A DNA stretch of 64,000 nt, from NCBI GenBank assembly GCA_963717985.1, contig CAVQYC010000001.1, positions 456,712-520,711 on the forward strand. Reading direction: 5' to 3'. Shown piece after piece: positions 28,905 through 39,726 of the stretch. The position numbers and the translations under genes are program-made. A model generated the notes under the pieces. The model did no database searches, was not told the origin of the DNA, and worked only from the letters and a program-made list of their open reading frames with translations. Each line of letters starts with the position of its first letter. The first letter of the stretch is position 1. Origin of the DNA: an uncultured delta proteobacterium. GTDB taxonomy: Bacteria; Desulfobacterota; Syntrophorhabdia; Syntrophorhabdales; WCHB1-27.

Positions 28905-30665
28905 ATGGCATACGATGCGACAAAGATGGCAGACTGGCAGATTTCCGAAGCGGCTGAGCAACACATGAAATCAGTCTGGCAGTTGGGCGAAGAGATGGGG
29001 CTGAAAAAGGATGAGGTAATCGGATACGGCCGTATAGGCAGGGTCGATTTCATGAAGATCATCGACCGGCTGAAGGACAAGCCGGACGGCAAGTATATCG
29101 AGGTCACCGCTATTACCCCGACCCCGCTCGGTGAAGGGAAAACGACGGTCTCCATGGGGCTCGTGGAAGGTATGGGCAAGAGGGGATGGAAGGTATGCGG
29201 TGCGATCCGCCAGCCCTCGGGCGGCCCTACCATGAACGTCAAGGGGAGTGCGGCAGGCGGCGGTAATGCCCAGGCCATCCCTCTGACGGAGTTTTCCCTC
29301 GGTCTTACAGGCGATATCAACAATATCATGAATGCCCACAACCTCGCCATGGTGGCCCTTACCGCGCGCATGCAGCATGAGAGGAACTATACGGATGCGG
29401 AGCTTGCAAAAAGAACGCTGAAACGGATCGACGTCGACCCCAGGAACGTCCAGATGGGCTGGATTATGGATTTCTGTGCCCAATCCCTCCGGAATATGGT
29501 GATCGGTCTTGGCGGCAGGATGGATGGGTTCCTCATGCAGTCCCGCTTCGATATCGCGGTCAGCTCGGAGGTCATGGCCATCCTTGCCGTCGTGAGAGAT
29601 CTGAAGGACCTGCGCGAGCGGCTCGGCAAGATCACCGTGGCCTACGACAAGTCAGGCAAGGCTGTGACCTGTGAAGACCTCGAGGTGGCAGGTGCCATGA
29701 CTGCGTTCATGAGGGAGAGTATCAACCCGACCCTGTTGCAGTCGGTCGAGGGGCAGCCCGTGTTCGTCCATGCGGGACCTTTCGCGAACATCGCCGTGGG
29801 GCAGTCCTCGATCATCGCGGACCGTGTGGCCCTGAAGCTTTTTGACTACAACGTGACGGAGAGCGGGTTTGCCGCCGACATCGGCTTCGAGAAGTTCTGG
29901 AACGTCAAATCGAGAATCAGCGGGCTCAAGCCGAACGTCTCCGTCCTCACGACGACGATCCGCGCCCTCAAGATGCACGGCGGCGGGCCGCGGGTGGCGC
30001 CGGGGCTCCCTCTTCCCGAGGAATATAAGAAGGAGAACCTGGGCCTGCTTGAGAAGGGCGCTGCCAATATGGTCCACCATATAAAGACCATAAAACAGTC
30101 GGGGATGAAGCCCGTCGTCTGCATTAACTGGTTCCACACGGATACCAAGGACGAGATCGCGCTGCTCCGCAGGATTGCCGAAGGGGAAGGCGCGCGGGTG
30201 GCCGTGTCGACCCACTGGCTGAACGGCGGTGACGGGGCCCTGGAGCTTGCCGACGCAGTGCATGACGCGTGCGAAGAAAAGTCGGATTTCAAGTTCCTCT
30301 ATCCCCTCGAAATGCCGCTCCGTCAGAGGGTCGAGATGGTGGCGAAGAACGTCTACGGCGCCGACGGGGTCTCGTGGACGCCCGAGGCGGAGGCCAAGGC
30401 AAAGGCCTTCGAGGCAGACCCCAGCAAAAGGGACTATTACACCATGATGGTCAAGACCCACCTCAGCCTGTCCCACGACCCGAACGTCAAGGGCGTGCCC
30501 AAGGGCTGGGTGCTGCCGGTAAGGGATATTCTGATCTTTTCCGGCGCCAAGTTCCTCTGTCCCGTGACCGGAGCGATCAGCCTCATGCCGGGCACCAGCT
30601 CCGACCCCGCCTTCAGAAGGATCGACGTGGACGTCAATACGGGCAAAGTAACAGGGATGTTCTAG
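28905..30665 (+). CDS. fhs: Formate--tetrahydrofolate ligase
   Basis: [48 protein letters not shown]. Confidence 0.97.
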   Translation: MAYDATKMADWQISEAAEQHMKSVWQLGEEMGLKKDEVIGYGRIGRVDFMKIIDRLKDKPDGKYIEVTAITPTPLGEGKTTVSMGLVEGMGKRGWKVCGAIRQPSGGPTMNVKGSAAGGGNAQAIPLTEFSLGLTGDINNIMNAHNLAMVALTARMQHERNYTDAELAKRTLKRIDVDPRNVQMGWIMDFCAQSLRNMVIGLGGRMDGFLMQSRFDIAVSSEVMAILAVVRDLKDLRERLGKITVAYDKSGKAVTCEDLEVAGAMTAFMRESINPTLLQSVEGQPVFVHAGPFANIAVGQSSIIADRVALKLFDYNVTESGFAADIGFEKFWNVKSRISGLKPNVSVLTTTIRALKMHGGGPRVAPGLPLPEEYKKENLGLLEKGAANMVHHIKTIKQSGMKPVVCINWFHTDTKDEIALLRRIAEGEGARVAVSTHWLNGGDGALELADAVHDACEEKSDFKFLYPLEMPLRQRVEMVAKNVYGADGVSWTPEAEAKAKAFEADPSKRDYYTMMVKTHLSLSHDPNVKGVPKGWVLPVRDILIFSGAKFLCPVTGAISLMPGTSSDPAFRRIDVDVNTGKVTGMF

Positions 30666-30780
30666 ACAAGAACCTTGATCAGTGCGTCCGGCGGCAAAAA
30701 CGCCGGACGCACCTCAAAGGGAGGCGGCTCTGCCTGATGCCTTGTAGAGCGAAAAAAAAGCTGAAAAGAAAGGAGTAGAT

Positions 30781-31665
30781 ATGGCCGCAAAGATTATTAG
30801 CGGGACGCAGATCGCAGCAGAGATCAGGGAAGAGATTAGGCAGGAGGTGGTGCGGCTCAAGGAACAGCATAACCTGGTGCCGGGTCTTGTCACCATCCTC
30901 GTCGGCGAGAACGCGGCCTCGGTGAGCTATGTCACCGCCAAAGGGAAGACCTCGAAGGAGCTGGGCTTTTATTCCATCCAGGACAGCCAACCGGCGGACC
31001 TCGCGGAAGACGCGCTCCTGGCACTCATCGACAAGTACAACAAAGACCCGAAAATCCATGGTATACTTGTACAGCTTCCCCTGCCGAAGCACATAAACGA
31101 GACGAGGGTGCTCTACGCTATCGATCCGAATAAGGACGTCGATGCCTTTCATCCGGTGAATGTTGGCAAGCTCGTCATTGGGGAGGCCAACTACTATCCC
31201 TGTACGCCCTACGGGATCCAGCAGCTCCTGGTCAGGAGCGGGGTCAAGACCGACGGCGCGGAGGTTGTTGTGGTGGGAAGGAGCAACATCGTGGGCAAGC
31301 CGATCGCCAATATGATGCTGCAAAAGGCAAAGGGCGCCAACGCCACGGTTACTGTCTGCCATACGGCAACGAAGGATATGGCCTTTCATACGAAAAGGGC
31401 GGACATTCTTATTGTTGCCGCAGGGAGGCCCAAGGCGATTACGGCGGACATGGTGAAAGAGGGTGTGGTGGTCATCGATGTGGGCGTCAACCGGATCGGC
31501 ATGACCCCCGAAGGAAAGGCCAAGCTCTCCGGCGATGTGGACTTTGAGGCGGTGAAGGAAAAGGCTTCGCTGATCACCCCCGTGCCCGGAGGGGTCGGCC
31601 CCATGACGATCACCATGCTCATGCTCAACACGGTGAAAGCCGCAAAAGTGGCGGGAGGAGTTTAA
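30781..31665 (+). CDS. folD: Methylene-THF dehydrogenase/cyclohydrolase
   Basis: GILVQLPLP, KDVDAFHP, PCTP, GRSNIVGKP, TPVPGGVGPMT. Confidence 0.97.
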   Translation: MAAKIISGTQIAAEIREEIRQEVVRLKEQHNLVPGLVTILVGENAASVSYVTAKGKTSKELGFYSIQDSQPADLAEDALLALIDKYNKDPKIHGILVQLPLPKHINETRVLYAIDPNKDVDAFHPVNVGKLVIGEANYYPCTPYGIQQLLVRSGVKTDGAEVVVVGRSNIVGKPIANMMLQKAKGANATVTVCHTATKDMAFHTKRADILIVAAGRPKAITADMVKEGVVVIDVGVNRIGMTPEGKAKLSGDVDFEAVKEKASLITPVPGGVGPMTITMLMLNTVKAAKVAGGV

Positions 31666-31680
31666 CTAAGGAGGACGTTC

Positions 31681-31896
31681 ATGGCGGACTATGTGTACGA
31701 AGAAAAGGAAGACTTCGAAGGTAAAAAAGTGCGGGTGCTGGGCTCCACCTATGAGCCGGGCAAGCCCGAAGAAAAGAGTGACTGGACGCAGAAGCTCGGA
31801 AGCGAGAGCGACCGGCTCGGCTACCTGAAAAGCGCCCTCCGGTACTGGTACAGCACCGACTGGTTTGGCAGTGAGAAGAGGAAGCAGGATGCTTGA
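31681..31896 (+). CDS. Hypothetical 71 aa protein inside the Wood-Ljungdahl operon
   Basis: SD AAGGAGG, fills the gap between folD and acsD. Confidence 0.75.
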   Translation: MADYVYEEKEDFEGKKVRVLGSTYEPGKPEEKSDWTQKLGSESDRLGYLKSALRYWYSTDWFGSEKRKQDA

Positions 31897-31911
31897 AAGC
31901 GCTGCGGTGCA

Positions 31912-31948
31912 GTCGATAGGTCTTATAAGTCCTATAATGCCTATCGAC
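31912..31948. repeat. Intergenic TAGGTCCTAT-type decamer repeat, copy 1 (others at 35009-35039, 48100-48147, 53133-53170)
   Basis: ATAGGTCTTATAAGTCCTAT-like units just after stop codons. Confidence 0.7.
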
Positions 31949-31980
31949 TGCCGAATTGATTGCTATAAGGGAGGCAACCA

Positions 31981-32922
31981 ATGAGTTTTGCGATACCCAA
32001 AATCAGCTATACCGGAAAGATCAGGGAAGTGACTATCGGGAGCGGAGCCTCTGCCGTCACGGTGGGGGGCGGGTCCTGTTACCCCTTCTACACCTTCGAG
32101 GGGGCCATGCCTCATCCGCCGCGGGTCGCCTTCGAGGTATGGGACTATGCGCCCGAGGATTGGCCTGCCTGGGCCGTCGAGCCCTATAAGGACGTGATCG
32201 CAGACCCCGCGGCCTGGGCCCGCAAGTCCGTGGAAACGTACCATGCGGAGATGATAGCCCTTCTTCTGAAGAGCGCCGACCCGAACGGTATGGACCGGCC
32301 CGTGGAAGAGGTTGTCTCCTCCGTGAAGGCGGTCTCGGACGCAGTTTCCGTGCCGCTCATCGTCTGGGGCTGCGCAAACGATGAGAAGGACGCCCTTATG
32401 CTCCGCCGCGTGGCGGAGGTCTGCGAGGGCAAAAACGTGGCCCTCGGCCCGGTCACGGAGAAGAATTACAAACAGATCGGGGCCATGGCCATCGGGTACA
32501 ACCAGGTGGTGATCGCCTCCACACCCATCGACGTGAACCTCGCAAAGCAGCTCAACATCCTTCTTGGGAACTTGGGTGTGCCGGAGAACCGGCTGCTCAT
32601 CGACCCCACCACAGGGGGCCTGGGCTACGGTCTCGAATATTCCTATTCGGTGATGGAGCGCGACCGCATGGCTGCCCTCACCCAGGAGGACGTCAAGCTC
32701 CAGACGCCGATCATCTGCAACCTTGCGAACGAGGTGTGGAAGACAAAAGAGGCGAAGACGAAAAAAGAGGACAACCCGAAGCTCGGCGACGAGAAAAAAA
32801 GGGCCGTCCTCATGGAATCGGTCGCCGCCATGACGCTTGCGATGGCAGGCGCCGATATACTCATCATGAGACACCCCGAGGCGATCGCCTACACCAGGCA
32901 GATGTTCGGGGAACTGGCTTAG
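31981..32922 (+). CDS. acsD: Corrinoid Fe-S protein small subunit
   Basis: MPHPPRVAFEVWD, PLIVWGC, PIDVNLAKQLN, GLGYGLEYSYSVMER. Confidence 0.94.
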   Translation: MSFAIPKISYTGKIREVTIGSGASAVTVGGGSCYPFYTFEGAMPHPPRVAFEVWDYAPEDWPAWAVEPYKDVIADPAAWARKSVETYHAEMIALLLKSADPNGMDRPVEEVVSSVKAVSDAVSVPLIVWGCANDEKDALMLRRVAEVCEGKNVALGPVTEKNYKQIGAMAIGYNQVVIASTPIDVNLAKQLNILLGNLGVPENRLLIDPTTGGLGYGLEYSYSVMERDRMAALTQEDVKLQTPIICNLANEVWKTKEAKTKKEDNPKLGDEKKRAVLMESVAAMTLAMAGADILIMRHPEAIAYTRQMFGELA

Positions 32923-33052
32923 GCGTGGAAGGGGCGACCGTATACCCGCTTGCCGGCGTCCCGGCACATTGCTTTTGTGAGCGGGGAGGCTCCAGCGGCT
33001 CCGCCGATGGAGGGGGTGCTGAACCCCAATAATTGCGTAATAAGGGGGAACC

Positions 33053-34999
33053 ATGTCAGAAGAAAAGATACGGAGTGTCGATAAGGCGACCCTCGAGCTC
33101 CTTGACAAAGCGGAAAAAGAAAAGATCTCCACGGCCTTCAGCAGGGCAGACGATTTGAAGCCCTGCCCCATAGGGGTGGAGGAAAGCTGCTGTAAGATAT
33201 GCGCCATGGGGCCGTGCAGGATGCCCCGGTCGAAGAAAGGTGAAGAGAAGAAGCGAGCCGGAGTTTGCGGCGCCACCATCGACACGGTCGTGGCGAGGAA
33301 CTTCGCCCGCAAAATAGCCGCTGGCGCGGCGGCCCACTCCGACCACGCCCGGGAGGTCGCCGAGACCTTCTTGAAGGCTGCCAGAGGCGAGGCCCAGGGG
33401 TTTGCCATCAAGGATGAGGTAAAGCTTCTCGAAGTGGCCCTCGACTTCGGCATCCCCATAGAAGGGAGAGACCCGAAAGAGATCGCCATCGACGTCGGGG
33501 AAAAGGCACTCGCCGAGTTCGGCAAGCAGCACGGAGAGGCCGTCTACGTCAAGAAGGCGCCCCTCAAACGGCAGGAGATCTGGCGGAAGCACGGCGTTGT
33601 CCCCAGGGGTATCGACAGGGAGGTGGTGGAGGTGATGCACCGCACCCACATGGGCGTCGACCAGGACTATAAGCACCTCATGCTCCAGGCCACACGCAGC
33701 GCCCTTGCGGACGGCTGGTCCGGCTCCATGATCTCCACGGACCTCCAGGACATCATGTTCGGCACCCCCGTGCCGGTCCTGGGCGCTTTCAACCTGGGCG
33801 TGCTGAAGGAAGACCAGGTCAATGTCGTGGTCCACGGCCATGAGCCGCTCTTACCCGAGCTCCTCGTGACTGCGTCCCGCGACCCTGAGATAAAGCAGAT
33901 GGCGGAGAAGGCGGGCGCCAAAGGCATCAACCTCGCCGGCATGTGCTGCTCCGCGAACGAGGTGCTCATGCGCCACGGCATCCCCTGTGCGGGGAACTTC
34001 CTCCAGCAGGAGCTGGCGCTTGTGACCGGCGCGGTCGAGGTGATGACGGTAGACGTCCAGTGCGAGATGCAGGGCCTCGCCGATGTGGCGGAGTGCTTCC
34101 ATACTAAGCTGATCACCACGTCCGACAGGGCCAAGATAGAACATGCCGAGCACATCGAGTTTCATCCCGAGACCGGCCTCGACACGGCAAAGAAGATCCT
34201 CAAGATGGCCATCGAGAATTACCCGAACAGGCGCCACAACGTCGCCATCCCCCAGTACTCCCAGGACGGGGTGGTCGGCTTCTCACACGAGACGATCAAC
34301 TACCTTCTGGGCGGGCTTTTCCGCGCGAGCTACAAGCCGCTCAACGACAACATCATAAACGGCCGCATCCGGGGCGTGGCAGGCGTGGTGGGCTGCAACA
34401 ACGCGAGGACCCCCCACGATCAGGGCCACCTGGAGATGATCAAGGAGCTGCTCAAGAACGACGTGATCGTCCTCTCCACGGGCTGCTCCGCCATGGCCTG
34501 CGGCAAGGCGGGGCTTCTGACCCCGGAGGCCGCCCGGGCCTATGCGGGCTCGGGCCTCGCGGAGGTGTGCGAAACGGTCGGCATCCCCCCTGTCCTCCAC
34601 CTGGGCTCCTGCGTCGACAACTCCCGCATCCTCATCGCGGCGACGGCTATGGTAAAAGAAGGGGGCTTGGGCGACGACATCTCCGATCTGCCCGCGGCAG
34701 GCGCCGCTCCCGAGTGGATGAGCGAGAAGGCCCTGTCCATCGGCCAGTACTTCGTCGCTTCCGGCGTCTACACCGTCTTCGGCACCACGTGGCCGACCTT
34801 CGGCAGTGATGCCCTGACAAAGCACCTCTTCGAAGAACACGAGGAGATGTACAAGGGCATGTGGGCATTTGAGGCCGACCCCGTAAAGGCGGCCGCCCTC
34901 ATGATCGCTCACATCGACAAAAAGAGGAAGGCCCTGGGCCTCGAGAAGGCCAGGGAAAGGGTGCTCTTCGATATGGCAATGAGAAGGGCCATGGCATAA
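33053..34999 (+). CDS. cooS: Ni-dependent CO dehydrogenase catalytic subunit (AcsA/CooS)
   Basis: CCKICAMGPC, HGH, GMCCSANE, DVQC, GVVGCNN, GSCVDN, MSEKA. Confidence 0.97.
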   Translation: MSEEKIRSVDKATLELLDKAEKEKISTAFSRADDLKPCPIGVEESCCKICAMGPCRMPRSKKGEEKKRAGVCGATIDTVVARNFARKIAAGAAAHSDHAREVAETFLKAARGEAQGFAIKDEVKLLEVALDFGIPIEGRDPKEIAIDVGEKALAEFGKQHGEAVYVKKAPLKRQEIWRKHGVVPRGIDREVVEVMHRTHMGVDQDYKHLMLQATRSALADGWSGSMISTDLQDIMFGTPVPVLGAFNLGVLKEDQVNVVVHGHEPLLPELLVTASRDPEIKQMAEKAGAKGINLAGMCCSANEVLMRHGIPCAGNFLQQELALVTGAVEVMTVDVQCEMQGLADVAECFHTKLITTSDRAKIEHAEHIEFHPETGLDTAKKILKMAIENYPNRRHNVAIPQYSQDGVVGFSHETINYLLGGLFRASYKPLNDNIINGRIRGVAGVVGCNNARTPHDQGHLEMIKELLKNDVIVLSTGCSAMACGKAGLLTPEAARAYAGSGLAEVCETVGIPPVLHLGSCVDNSRILIAATAMVKEGGLGDDISDLPAAGAAPEWMSEKALSIGQYFVASGVYTVFGTTWPTFGSDALTKHLFEEHEEMYKGMWAFEADPVKAAALMIAHIDKKRKALGLEKARERVLFDMAMRRAMA

Positions 35000-35059
35000 G
35001 ACGTTTTTAATAGGTCCTATACGTCCTATGGGTCCTATCATTCAGCAGGAGGAGGCGAC

Positions 35060-37264
35060 ATGTCAAAGATCATTTGTTCTGCGGCCATAAGAGGGGCGCA
35101 GAAGATATACGAGAAATCGGAAGGGCTTTATAAAAAGGCCCTCGAGAAGTACGGACCCGAGCAGGAGATAGGCTTTCCCAACACCGCGTACTATCTCCCT
35201 ATCATCTACGCCATGACGGGCATACCGGTCGCGAAGCTCTCGGAGATGCAGAAGGTCTTCGACTTCTGCAAGAAGCTGATACCGGCCCCCGTCAGGGAGA
35301 CCACCCCCCTGCCTTATCTCGCCCCCGCTCTCGACGCGGGCATGGCAACCTTTTTCGTCGAGGAGATGGCGGAGGCGATCAGGTACCTCGAAAACCCGGA
35401 CTGCTACGTCGTCGGGGAAGACCCCACGCCAGGGAACATCTGGCTGGGGGCCGCCTCCGACCTCATTTTCAGGAAGAGGGGCGTCGAGTTCGTCGACGGC
35501 ACCGCCCCCGGCTTCGCCGCCATCGCAGGCGCCGCGCCCGATGCACAGACGGCGGCAAAGATCGCTCTAGAGTTGCAGGAGAAGAACCTCTACGTCTTCA
35601 TGTGCGGTGAGAACGGCGGCAAAAGGTTCTCCGAGCAGCTCGTGGAGGCCGGCGTCCAGGTCGGATGGCCCACGCGCCTCGTCCCCTTCGGCCCCGACAT
35701 CCAGCAGGCGGTCTTCGCCATAGGCTTTGCCTGCCGCGTGGCCATGGCCTTCGGCGGCATCAAGCCCGGCGACTTCAGAAAGAACCTCATCTACAATAAG
35801 GACAGGACCTACGCCTTCGTTATGGCGCTGGGCGACGTCACGGACGAGTGGTACGCCAATGCCGCGGGCGCCATCAACTGGGGCTTCCCGACCATCGCCG
35901 ATACCCCCATCCCCGAGGTCCTGCCTACGGGCATCTGTACCTACGAGCACGTGGTCTCCAACATTGCCCACTCCCACATCACCGAGAAGGCGGTAGAGGT
36001 CCGGGGCCTCAAGGTCCAGGTCGCGAAGGTCCCCATCCCCGTCTCCTACGGCCCTGCATTCGAGGGGGAGAGGGTCCGCGGCGAAGACATCTATCTGGAG
36101 ATGGGCGGCGGCAAGACTATTGCCGTCGAATGGACCACCTCGAAACGGATGGAAGAGGTGGAAGACGGGCGCGTCGAGGTGATAGGACCCGACGTCAAAG
36201 ACGTGAGCCCGGGCACGCGCCTCCACTTCGCCATGGTGGCAGAGGTGGCGGGCAGGGGCTTTCAGGAGGACTTCGAGCCGATCCTGGAGCGGCAGAACCA
36301 TCACCTCATCAACCAGGCCCAGGGCATCATGCACATAGGCCAGCGCGACATCGCCTGGCTGCGCATCTCCAAGCAGGCGGTCGAGAAAGGCTTTACTCTG
36401 GCCGATATAGGCAGGATCATCCATGCCAAGTACCACCAGGACTTCGGCGCCATCTTCGACAAGGTCCAGGTGAAGATCTATACGGAGGAGGAGAAGGTCA
36501 GAGAGGTCCTGGCGATGGCCCGCGCCTCTTACAACCACAGGGACGCCCGCGTGGAGAACATGACCGACGAGACGACCGATACCTTCTACTCCTGCACCCT
36601 CTGCCAATCCTTCGCGCCGAACCACGTCTGCGTCATCGCCCCCGAGAGGACGGGCCTCTGCGGCGCCTACAACTGGCTCGACTGCAAGGCCTCCAATGAG
36701 ATCAACCCGGAAGGGCCGAACCAGCCCATCCAGAAGGGGGAGGTCCTCGATGCGAGGTACGGCCAGTTCAAGGGGGCCAACGACTTCGTCTACAAGGCGT
36801 CACGGCAAAAGGTCGAGAACGTCAGCTTCTACAGCCTCATGGTCGATCCCATGACGACCTGCGGCTGCTGCGAGTGCATCGCCGCGGTGCTGCCCATGGC
36901 GAACGGCATCATGACCGTTGACCGGGATTATACGGGCATGACCCCCTGCGGCATGAAGTTCACGACGCTGGCGGGTTCTGTCGGCGGCGGCGCCCAGTCG
37001 CCGGGATTTTTAGGCCACAGCAAGTATAACATCACCCAGAAGAAGTTCCTTGTCGGCGACGGCGGCCTTCTGCGCATGGTCTGGATGCCGAAGAGGCTGA
37101 AAGAAGAATTGGGCGAACGGCTGAAGAAACGGGCGGCCGAGCTGGGTGTGCCCGACCTCATCGACAAGATCGCCGATGAGACGGTGGCGACGACCGAGGA
37201 AGAGGTCATCGCCTACTGTACGGAAAAGGGACATCCGGCGATGACCATGGAGTCGATTATGTAA
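35060..37264 (+). CDS. acsB: Acetyl-CoA synthase subunit (bacterial type)
   Basis: FPNTAYYLP, CTLCQSFAPNHVC, CGAYNWLDC, TTCGCCEC. Confidence 0.97.
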   Translation: MSKIICSAAIRGAQKIYEKSEGLYKKALEKYGPEQEIGFPNTAYYLPIIYAMTGIPVAKLSEMQKVFDFCKKLIPAPVRETTPLPYLAPALDAGMATFFVEEMAEAIRYLENPDCYVVGEDPTPGNIWLGAASDLIFRKRGVEFVDGTAPGFAAIAGAAPDAQTAAKIALELQEKNLYVFMCGENGGKRFSEQLVEAGVQVGWPTRLVPFGPDIQQAVFAIGFACRVAMAFGGIKPGDFRKNLIYNKDRTYAFVMALGDVTDEWYANAAGAINWGFPTIADTPIPEVLPTGICTYEHVVSNIAHSHITEKAVEVRGLKVQVAKVPIPVSYGPAFEGERVRGEDIYLEMGGGKTIAVEWTTSKRMEEVEDGRVEVIGPDVKDVSPGTRLHFAMVAEVAGRGFQEDFEPILERQNHHLINQAQGIMHIGQRDIAWLRISKQAVEKGFTLADIGRIIHAKYHQDFGAIFDKVQVKIYTEEEKVREVLAMARASYNHRDARVENMTDETTDTFYSCTLCQSFAPNHVCVIAPERTGLCGAYNWLDCKASNEINPEGPNQPIQKGEVLDARYGQFKGANDFVYKASRQKVENVSFYSLMVDPMTTCGCCECIAAVLPMANGIMTVDRDYTGMTPCGMKFTTLAGSVGGGAQSPGFLGHSKYNITQKKFLVGDGGLLRMVWMPKRLKEELGERLKKRAAELGVPDLIDKIADETVATTEEEVIAYCTEKGHPAMTMESIM

Positions 37265-37279
37265 GAAAACTCAAGACTG

Positions 37280-37435
37280 AAAAGGCAGCGCGTCACGCGC
37301 TTGAAAAGGGAAGACGGTGCAACTCCGTCACGGGCCCGCCGCTGTGAGGGGGGACGAAGGGCGCAAAAGACCACTGGGAAACCCCGGGAAGGTGCGCTCA
37401 GTAAGGATGAACCCCGAAGTCAGAAAACCTGCCTG
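37280..37435 (+). ncRNA. Cobalamin riboswitch between acsB and acsC
   Basis: AAAAGGGAA..GGTGCAACTCC..GCCCGCCGCTGTGA..CCACTGGGAAACCCCGGGAAGG..AAGTCAGAAAACCTGCC. Confidence 0.9.
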
Positions 37436-37500
37436 GCAGTCTTACCCAAACCCCTCTCCCCGCGGTCGGGAGCGGAAGCTCACTTGATAAGGAGACTGCT

Positions 37501-38835
37501 ATGGGACTCACCGGTATCCAGATATTCAAGCTTCTTCCCAAGACCAATTGCGGGGAGTGCGGCTCCCCCACCTGCCTCGCCTTTGCCATGGCGCTTGCCG
37601 CGGGCAAGGCGGAGCTCGAGAAATGTCCGACTATCTCTGATGAGGCAAAAGCGCAGCTCAGCGAGGCGAGCGCCCCGCCCATCAGACAGTTGACCGTAGG
37701 CACCGGCGACTATGCCGTGAAGCTCGGCGGTGAGACAGTCATGTTCCGCCACGAGAAGACCTTCTTCAATAAGCCGGGTCTCGCCATCCTCATCACCAGT
37801 CGCATGGACGACAAAGAGGTATCCCGCCGCCTCGCTGTCCTTTCCGAGCTCCAGTACGAGCGCGTGGGCCTCAACTTAAGACCTGAGATCGTTGCCGTCA
37901 AGGACGAGGGCGATAAAGCGCGCTTCCTCGAGATCGTGAAGAAGGCAGCGGCTACACCCTATAGCCTCATCCTGATGTCTGCGGACCCCGCCGCCATGAA
38001 AGAGGCGCTGGAGGCCGCAAAGGAGAAGAAGCCCCTCATCTATGCCGCAACGATGGAGAACGCAGATGCCATGGCCGCTCTTTCAAAAGAGTACGCCTGC
38101 CCCCTTGCCGCAAAAGCAGAGGGGCTCGAAAGCCTTGCCGGCTTAAGCGAGAAACTCGTTGCTCTTGGCGTCAAGGACATGGTCCTCGATTCCGGCGCCA
38201 GGACGGTGAAGGAGGCCTTCGCCGACCAGGTCGCCATCAGAAGGGCGGCCCTTCAGTCCAAGTTCAAGCCCTTTGGCTTCCCTACCATCACCCTGCCCTG
38301 CGAGATGACCGACGACCTCATGAAGGAGACGCTCATCGCATCACTCTTCATCGCCAAGTACGCAGGCATCATCGTCCTGTCCGACTTTGCGGGCGAGAAC
38401 GTCTTTCCCCTCCTCCTCGAGAGGCTCAACATCTATACAGACCCGCAGCGGCCCATGACCACCGAGCAGGGTATCTACCCCATCAATAACCCCGACGCCT
38501 CATCGCCCGTCCTCGTGACCTGCAACTTTTCCCTTACCTATTTCATCGTCTCAGGCGAGATAGAGAACTCGCGGGTGCCCTCCTGGCTTTGCGTCATGGA
38601 TACGGAAGGTCTCTCGGTCATGACCGCCTGGGCCGCCGGCAAGTTCGTCGCCGATACGGTCGGCCCCTTCATCAAGAAGAGCGGCATCGCGGAAAAGGTC
38701 AATCACAAGAAGCTCATCATCCCCGGCTACGCGGCAGGCATCCTGGGCGATCTGGAAGAAGAGCTGCCCGGCTGGGAGATCACGGTCGGTCCCCGTGAGG
38801 CCGCCCATCTACCGGCTTTCTTAAAGAACAGGTGA
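37501..38835 (+). CDS. acsC: Corrinoid Fe-S protein large subunit
   Basis: LPKTNCGECGSPTCLAFA, MFRHEKTF, NIYTDPQ, TAWAAGKF. Confidence 0.97.
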   Translation: MGLTGIQIFKLLPKTNCGECGSPTCLAFAMALAAGKAELEKCPTISDEAKAQLSEASAPPIRQLTVGTGDYAVKLGGETVMFRHEKTFFNKPGLAILITSRMDDKEVSRRLAVLSELQYERVGLNLRPEIVAVKDEGDKARFLEIVKKAAATPYSLILMSADPAAMKEALEAAKEKKPLIYAATMENADAMAALSKEYACPLAAKAEGLESLAGLSEKLVALGVKDMVLDSGARTVKEAFADQVAIRRAALQSKFKPFGFPTITLPCEMTDDLMKETLIASLFIAKYAGIIVLSDFAGENVFPLLLERLNIYTDPQRPMTTEQGIYPINNPDASSPVLVTCNFSLTYFIVSGEIENSRVPSWLCVMDTEGLSVMTAWAAGKFVADTVGPFIKKSGIAEKVNHKKLIIPGYAAGILGDLEEELPGWEITVGPREAAHLPAFLKNR

Positions 38836-38844
38836 GGAGGAGAC

Positions 38845-39724
38845 ATGCTGATCATAGGTGAAAACCTGAATGTGATATCGAAGAAGATCGGTCAGGCGTT
38901 AAAAGACAGGGACCCGGCGCCCATCCGGGAGATGGCGGAGGCCGAAACCAAAGCAGGCGTCGACGTGATCGACCTCAACCTTGGCCCGGCCCGCAAGGCA
39001 GGGCGCCGAGCTGATGGAGTGGGTGGTCAAGACCGTGCAGGAGGTGACCGACGTGACGCTCTGCCTCGACACGACGAACATTGAGGCCATAGAGGCGGGC
39101 CTTAAGGTTTGCAAGAAGAAGGCCCTCATCAACTCGATCTCCGCGAGACCCGAGAGGATCAGTGCCCTCATGCCTCTCGCGAAAAAGTATAACGCCGCCT
39201 ACATCGCCCTCAGCCTGGGCGTGGAAGGCATACCAAGGGATGCGAACGAGCGCGCAATGCTTGCCGCCGAGCACCTGGCCAAGGCCGCCGAGTACGGCAT
39301 CCCGGAAGAGGACATGTGGATCGACCCGATAGTCCTTCCCACGAACACCCAGCAAATCCAGGTGCAGGGCTGCACGGAGTTCATGATGATGCTCGGGGAC
39401 ATCGCCCCGGCTTGTAAGTCGACCTGCGGCCTCTCGAACATCTCGAACGGCGCCCCCGACCACCTCCGTCCCATCCTGAACAGGACCTACGCCATCTTTT
39501 TGAAGCGCTACGGCATGTACTCCGCTATCGCCGACGCCTTCGACCAGGAGCTTCAAACGATTGCGAAAGGCAAAAGACCCGAGATCGAGGCCCTCGTCCA
39601 CAAGGTGATGGATGGGGAAGCGGTCAGCCTCACGGGCCTCTCAAAAGAAGAGACCGATTATGTCAAGACGGCCAGGGTCCTCATAGGGCAGACGCTCTAC
39701 TCCGACTCGTGGCTCGACCTGTAG
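38845..39724 (+). CDS. acsE: Methyl-THF:corrinoid protein methyltransferase, frameshifted by one extra G at 39001-39003
   Basis: MLIIGENLN..IDLNLG joins GAELMEW..LCLDTTN..INS..WIDP..GLSNISNG if one G is removed (292 aa). Confidence 0.9.
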
Positions 39725-39726
39725 CC

